Origin: Spirochaetia bacterium
Lineage (GTDB): Bacteria > Spirochaetota > Spirochaetia > DSM-2461
Reading direction: 5' to 3'
Assembly: GCA_963666985.2 (NCBI GenBank)
Contig: CAXXIA010000002.1
Coordinates: 480,001 to 544,000 of the forward strand
Length of the DNA: 64,000 nt
The translations under genes were made by a program, and so were the position numbers. Below, piece after piece: positions 59,588-64,000 of the stretch; position 1 is the stretch's first letter; each line of letters starts with the position of its first letter. The notes under the pieces are model-generated. The model was not told the DNA's origin and searched no databases. It saw only the letters and a program-made list of their open reading frames with translations.

Positions 59588-61039
59588 TCAGACGGGAATA
59601 AGCTCGGAACCATCGGGACCGAAGGTACGGATTTCCGAACGCATGTGCGCGAAATCAACCGAAAGCTCGGCTCTGTAATCGGCGGCGTTCCTGTACAGAT
59701 TCAGGTGCCGTCCTTCTTTTTTAATTTCCACACGCAAATCCTCGGCCGTGACATTCCCGAAGGCCGGGTGGGTGTTGCGGAATTCCATAAGCTTCAGAAG
59801 ACGCTTCACCACGGGTCTTTTCAGTTCTTTTTCGGCTTCATCGAGAGTGTAGGCGCGGCGGTTGATATCCCTGCCCTGCCGGGTATGCTCCACAAGCGCT
59901 ATGTCGTTTCGCCCGGCCAGAAGTCCGACATAGTAAACCTGCGGAATACCGGGTGCGAAGAACTGAACCGCCCGGGCGGCCATGTAGGCGTCGTCGTTCT
60001 CGCCCAGCGCCGAATAGTAAGTGCAGTTAATCTGATAGAGATCCAGATTGCCGAAAGAGGCCGAGGAATAACGGCGGTTGGCGTTGGATCCTTTTGTGTA
60101 AAGGGCTTCCACCGTTTGATCGATTTCTTCCGGAGTAAGCAAATCGGCGACATCGACGATACCGATGCCGTCGTGGGTGTCGAGAGTGGTAACACAGTCG
60201 CGGGGGCACTTCTCCAGCCAGGCGGCCAAAGGACGCGCGTCGGCGGCATAAACGGCGCGAAGAAGCAGCATGGGCAGGGCGAAGTCGTACACCTTTAATC
60301 CCCAGGATGCCAGAAGTTCCTGATAGCGGTGATGCTCGTGAACTTCCGGAAGAAGTTCCACACCGTAAGGGGCGGCGATGGCTCGGCACCGATTTAAGAG
60401 TTCGGGCAGTTCCGGCTCTTCGAAGAAAAAGCGGGTTCCCGGCTTCTTGGTGACGTATCCGGCGGCATCCAAGCGGACCGTGGCTATTCCTTTCCGGCGG
60501 CAGAGATTTCCCAGTTCCTCCTCCAGCCAGCGCCGGCCTGTTTCGGAAAACACATCGATATCAATCTGTTCTTCGGAAAAGGTGCACCATACGTCGCGGA
60601 TGCTGCCGTCATCGAACGTAACGGGAATCCAGGGATCGCGGGGTTTGCGCGTGTAGATTTTTTCGCGGTCCTCTGCCGGAACTCCATCGGGGTAAAGCCG
60701 GTCCACGGGGATGAAAAGATCGGCCCATTGTGATTCCGATCCCTTCTCGCGCCAGTCCCGAAACCAGGGAGAAAGAGCCGAGACATGGTTCACCATGAAA
60801 TCAACGGTCAGTTCGAAGTCTGTTCCTAAGGCTTCAACCTGATCCCAGGTTCCGAAGGACTGCTCCACGATTTGATAGAGTATCGGAGCAAATCCCCTGT
60901 CGGCCGATGAGGGATAAAACGGAAGGATATGGACGCCTTTAACGGCTTTGGAGAGTTTCCCGCCGAGGAACGTATGGAGTTCCCTGATATTCCGACCAAG
61001 GCTGTCCGCGTAGGTGATGATATGAATACCGTTTTTCAT
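59588..61039 (-). CDS. gtfA: Sucrose phosphorylase family (GH13_18)
   Basis: ITYADSLG, HILPF, VRLDAAGY, EVHEH, TLDTHDGIG, YQINCTYYSAL. Confidence 0.9.
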   Translation of the reverse strand: MKNGIHIITYADSLGRNIRELHTFLGGKLSKAVKGVHILPFYPSSADRGFAPILYQIVEQSFGTWDQVEALGTDFELTVDFMVNHVSALSPWFRDWREKGSESQWADLFIPVDRLYPDGVPAEDREKIYTRKPRDPWIPVTFDDGSIRDVWCTFSEEQIDIDVFSETGRRWLEEELGNLCRRKGIATVRLDAAGYVTKKPGTRFFFEEPELPELLNRCRAIAAPYGVELLPEVHEHHRYQELLASWGLKVYDFALPMLLLRAVYAADARPLAAWLEKCPRDCVTTLDTHDGIGIVDVADLLTPEEIDQTVEALYTKGSNANRRYSSASFGNLDLYQINCTYYSALGENDDAYMAARAVQFFAPGIPQVYYVGLLAGRNDIALVEHTRQGRDINRRAYTLDEAEKELKRPVVKRLLKLMEFRNTHPAFGNVTAEDLRVEIKKEGRHLNLYRNAADYRAELSVDFAHMRSEIRTFGPDGSELIPV

Positions 61040-61236
61040 TGGACTACTCGTTTACTGGAAGGCTCTTATTATAAGGTTAGTGACTTGGAGGGAGGGGGTT
61101 CAAGTGATTTTTTCCGGCGATGGGTGCGGTGGGATCGGCGGGAATAAATATTTTGGCCGGATGTCGCGTTTTCAGTTTGCTTACAGCCGGTATTGTAGCG
61201 GTTCCGCCCCCGTTAGGTTCGTCGAAGCGGTCGCGC

Positions 61237-61296
61237 AAAGCCGAGAAAGCCGAGAAAGCCGAGAAAGCCGAGAAAGCCGAGAAAGCCGAGAAAGCC
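61237..61296. repeat. 9-bp VNTR: (AAAGCCGAG)x6 plus a partial unit
   Basis: Six perfect units 61237-61290 followed by AAAGCC. Confidence 0.97.
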
Positions 61297-61427
61297 AAAG
61301 TATATAAGGCCGTTTAGGCTGAAAGTTGAATAAGCTGCCTCTAACAGGCTGTTGAAGAAGAGAAAAACTCGGCATTCGGCCTATAATGCATGTTCCGCAG
61401 ACGTGCTTTACGGCGGAAACCCGGTCG

Positions 61428-61457
61428 TTGACATTCGGCAGGATCAGCGGCTATAGT
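61428..61457 (+). promoter_or_regulatory. Sigma70 promoter of tRNA-Pro
   Basis: TTGACA-18 nt-TATAGT. Confidence 0.75.
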
Positions 61458-61488
61458 GGCCTTCGTCTTTATTGACAAATAACGAAAA

Positions 61489-61562
61489 CGGGCTGTAGCG
61501 CAGGGGTTTAGCGTACATGTCTGGGGGACATGGGGTCGGCGGTTCAAATCCGCCCAGCCCGA
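61489..61562 (+). tRNA. tRNA-Pro(GGG), CCA not encoded
   Basis: Acceptor stem CGGGCTG/CAGCCCG, anticodon arm CATGT-CTGGGGG-ACATG, T arm GGCGG-TTCAAAT-CCGCC. Confidence 0.96.
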
Positions 61563-61793
61563 TAAGGGAAAGCCGAGTTGCTCGCAAGAGTGACTTGGCT
61601 TTTTTTTATTCCGGAAAGGCGGATTTGAAGCGAAGGTGCCGCGCGACGATAGGAGCGAAAAGCGCACAGGATGTGCGCGGAAGGCACTGGAGACGGCCCG
61701 ACGACGAGCAACACGAGGTTGCGAGTTGGAGGGCAAATTCGCTTAAGCCCGATAAGGGAAAGCCGAGTTGCTCGCAAGAGTGACTTGGCTTTT
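61556..61793 (+). repeat. 48-bp perfect direct repeat (tRNA 3' end plus terminator), period 190 bp
   Basis: 61556-61603 is identical to 61746-61793. Confidence 0.95.
61569..61607 (+). terminator. Rho-independent terminator after the tRNA (duplicated near 61759)
   Basis: AAGCCGAGTTGCTC-GCAA-GAGTGACTTGGCTT followed by a T run. Confidence 0.85.
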
Positions 61794-61858
61794 CTTTTAT
61801 TCCGAAAAGCTAAAAAGCCCTTTTTACCAAAATGCCGCCGATTTCAAATTATACCTTT

Positions 61859-61924
61859 TACCCTACAGGGTATATTGTATTAATTAACCCTATAAGGTAT
61901 ATTGAAAGAATATACCTTATAGGG
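61859..61924. promoter_or_regulatory. Candidate HipB operator array
   Basis: TACCCT-AC-AGGGTA palindrome plus a perfect 16-bp inverted repeat at 61888-61903 and 61909-61924. Confidence 0.7.
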
Positions 61925-61942
61925 GAACACGCGGAGGCGCGA

Positions 61943-62194
61943 ATGAATCACCTAATCAACAACTCAGCCAAGCTTGCTCAAACCCTCAAGGCGGCCAGGA
62001 AACGCCTGAATTGGTCTCAAAAAGAAGCTTCGTATCGATCCGGGCTCCTTACGAAAACCATTTCTCTTTTGGAAAACAATCCGGAGAAGTGCAGTGTCGA
62101 AACCCTGATGAAACATCTTTCTTCACTCAATCTTGAACTGTTTCTTGCGGACATTCGGTCGACATCGGATACGGACAACGGGCAGGAATGGTAG
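61943..62194 (+). CDS. hipB: HipB-like Xre HTH antitoxin
   Basis: LKAARKRLNWSQ...SGL..KTIS.LENNP, C-terminal W; abuts hipA. Confidence 0.88.
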   Translation: MNHLINNSAKLAQTLKAARKRLNWSQKEASYRSGLLTKTISLLENNPEKCSVETLMKHLSSLNLELFLADIRSTSDTDNGQEW

Positions 62195-63520
62195 ATGGGC
62201 AGAAAACGACTGAGGAAATGCCTCAAGGTTTATATGAACGGTGTACCGGTCGGCTCCTGGGCGGTCGATAAAGAATCTCGATTCACCTACTTTGATGAGT
62301 GGATCAGCGATCCGGTATCACGGCCGATTTCTTTGTCTCTACCCATATCTTCGCCAACATCAACCTTCAGCGGACCGAAGGTTGAAGCATTCTTTGACAA
62401 CCTTTTACCTGATTCCGATATCATCCGCCGACGAATCCAAACCCGCTTTGGAACCTCCGGTACAAGGCCGTTTGAATTGCTGGCGGAAATCGGCAGAGAT
62501 TGTGTAGGAGCCCTTCAGCTCCTACCGGAGGATGAGGATCCCCCTGAGGTAAAAAAAATTTCAGCCGAACCGCTCAATGAATCGGCGATAGCTGAAATAC
62601 TGCGTCAACAGGCCGGTACTGGGAACACTCTCGGGCAGAGAGGTGAAGAATTTCGAATATCACTGGCTGGAGCTCAGGAGAAAACAGCGCTCCTTCTCAA
62701 TGACGGACAATGGCATCGCCCTCGGGGTGCAACACCGACAACCCATATCTTTAAAAGACCGCTTGGCATCGTCGGGCATCAGGGAATTGATCTCTCAACC
62801 TCTCTTGAAAATGAGTGGCTCTGTCTCAAAATCCTGGATCATTTCGATCTGCAGGTGCCGCGGAACCATATTGAATACTTCGACAATGAGAAAGCATTGA
62901 TTGTCGAGCGATTCGATAGAAAGCTTTCCAGTGACGCATCCTGGTGGATTCGGCTGCCTCAAGAAGATTTCTGCCAGGTTCTCGGCGTGCCTCCGGGCTT
63001 GAAATATCAGAGTGATGGCGGACCGGGGATTCGAGACATTGCCGCATTTCTCAACGGATCAACAACTGCGGAAAAGGACAAGAGAACTTTCTTCAAGGCT
63101 CAAATCCTGTTTTGGCTTCTGGCTGCAACCGACGGACATGCAAAGAACTTCAGTATCTTCATTCTTCCCGAAGGCCGGTATCATCTAACCCCGCTATACG
63201 ATGTTATCTCCACCTACCCTGTTATGGGTCATGGTGCCGAACTCCTGGCTCCGCAAGAGCTGAGGATGGCCATGGCCGTCAGAGGTACAAAAGGATACAA
63301 GTATAAATGGAACACTATTCTGCGGCGACATTGGCTTGATACCGCACGGGATGCCGGACTGTCCCGATCCGCAGCGGCAGAAATCGTTGACGAAGTCGTA
63401 CATCAAACTCCGAAAGTCCTCTCAGGTATTGAAAAGATTCTGCCTGATACCTTCCCGATCAAAGTTGCGGAAACCATCCTGAAGGGAGTTCGCAATAACC
63501 TCAAGTTCCTGGAAGATTGA
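62195..63520 (+). CDS. hipA: HipA serine/threonine kinase toxin
   Basis: SLSLP, FFDNLLPD, GRDCVGA, RISLAGAQEKTA, PTTHIFK, ERFDR, QEDFCQ, DGHAKNFS, PLYD. Confidence 0.96.
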   Translation: MGRKRLRKCLKVYMNGVPVGSWAVDKESRFTYFDEWISDPVSRPISLSLPISSPTSTFSGPKVEAFFDNLLPDSDIIRRRIQTRFGTSGTRPFELLAEIGRDCVGALQLLPEDEDPPEVKKISAEPLNESAIAEILRQQAGTGNTLGQRGEEFRISLAGAQEKTALLLNDGQWHRPRGATPTTHIFKRPLGIVGHQGIDLSTSLENEWLCLKILDHFDLQVPRNHIEYFDNEKALIVERFDRKLSSDASWWIRLPQEDFCQVLGVPPGLKYQSDGGPGIRDIAAFLNGSTTAEKDKRTFFKAQILFWLLAATDGHAKNFSIFILPEGRYHLTPLYDVISTYPVMGHGAELLAPQELRMAMAVRGTKGYKYKWNTILRRHWLDTARDAGLSRSAAAEIVDEVVHQTPKVLSGIEKILPDTFPIKVAETILKGVRNNLKFLED

Positions 63521-63568
63521 AATTCATATCTTGGCTCCAGTTACCGTTTAATACCGGCCTACCGCCGG

Positions 63569-64000
63569 TCATCCATTCCGATCTTCCGAATCATTCCAAA
63601 GAATTTCCTGTTCCAGTCCGGCACCAAAATCTTCCAGACATTGGAGCACCTCCTTAACAATTTCATCCTCCTGCCGGCGAAGGCCGGATAGGATTGCCGT
63701 GGAGTCACGCAGCAAATCACTCTTGCCGTAGCGCCGCACCAGTTCGCGGAGATTTTTTGGAATAAAAAAGGCGACTCGACCCCCAGAACGCCGCTTGAGC
63801 CGAAGGTATTCCTGCAGGCCGACAGGATCATAATCACCGAAATGAACAATATCGAACGACTGGGATTCCAGCCAATTTAAAAACCACTCCGACATTCGGC
63901 CGGCGCAGTATATAGCCGCATCGAAATCCTTGAACCGTTCTTCGAAACGAAGAAAAGGCTCAAGATTCTCAATCAGCGCCACGCGGTTACCCTTGTAACG
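63569..64000 (-). CDS. Partial Toprim-like protein (JetD/DUF2220-like C-terminus); continues beyond the window
   Basis: Frame open to base 64000; IEN..F, HFGDYDPVG, LEQE. Confidence 0.6.
   Translation of the reverse strand, partial: RYKGNRVALIENLEPFLRFEERFKDFDAAIYCAGRMSEWFLNWLESQSFDIVHFGDYDPVGLQEYLRLKRRSGGRVAFFIPKNLRELVRRYGKSDLLRDSTAILSGLRRQEDEIVKEVLQCLEDFGAGLEQEILWNDSEDRNG

Noticed and set aside
61077..61375. Small ORFs with AEK/SRE/AFS repeats
   Set aside because: Artefacts of the 9-bp VNTR being open in several frames; no SD or coding features
61341..61883. ORFs across the tRNA region
   Set aside because: They overlap the tRNA, terminators and direct repeat

Overview
Bacterial chromosomal window with moderately high GC content. 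The gene content (several large MCPs, lipoproteins, sugar catabolism) fits a free-living anaerobic spirochaete, but that is inference. It carries about 50 CDSs and one tRNA-Pro(GGG). In order: partial tkt, a serine protease, lgt, xylA-xylB with a divergent AraC, murD, a secreted caspase-family protein, two MCPs, a six-gene molybdenum-cofactor cluster and a GlpQ-type lipoprotein. A catabolic-looking accessory block follows (35.5-50.7 kb), then mnmG, a DUF3795-WYL pair, sucrose phosphorylase with a fructokinase, and the tRNA followed by hipBA and a partial Toprim-like gene (probable island edge). The strongest candidate for an undescribed system is at 42.3-50.7 kb: an operon behind a consensus sigma54 promoter encoding a pyridoxamine-pyruvate aminotransferase homologue, a complete ECF importer and a Pro1 tautomerase. 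It is flanked by an AbfD-like flavoprotein lacking the Fe-S cysteines, a beta-diketone-hydrolase-type crotonase and a LysR gene that appears to start at CTG. Other notable items: a divergent PEP-utilising phosphotransferase/beta-barrel gene pair, a GGDEF domain split by a ~130-aa insertion, nested intergenic repeat elements and a structured mini-element at the tRNA 3' end. No CRISPR array, rRNA, integrase or transposase was seen. All family calls come from motif recognition and recalled sequences; no searches were run.
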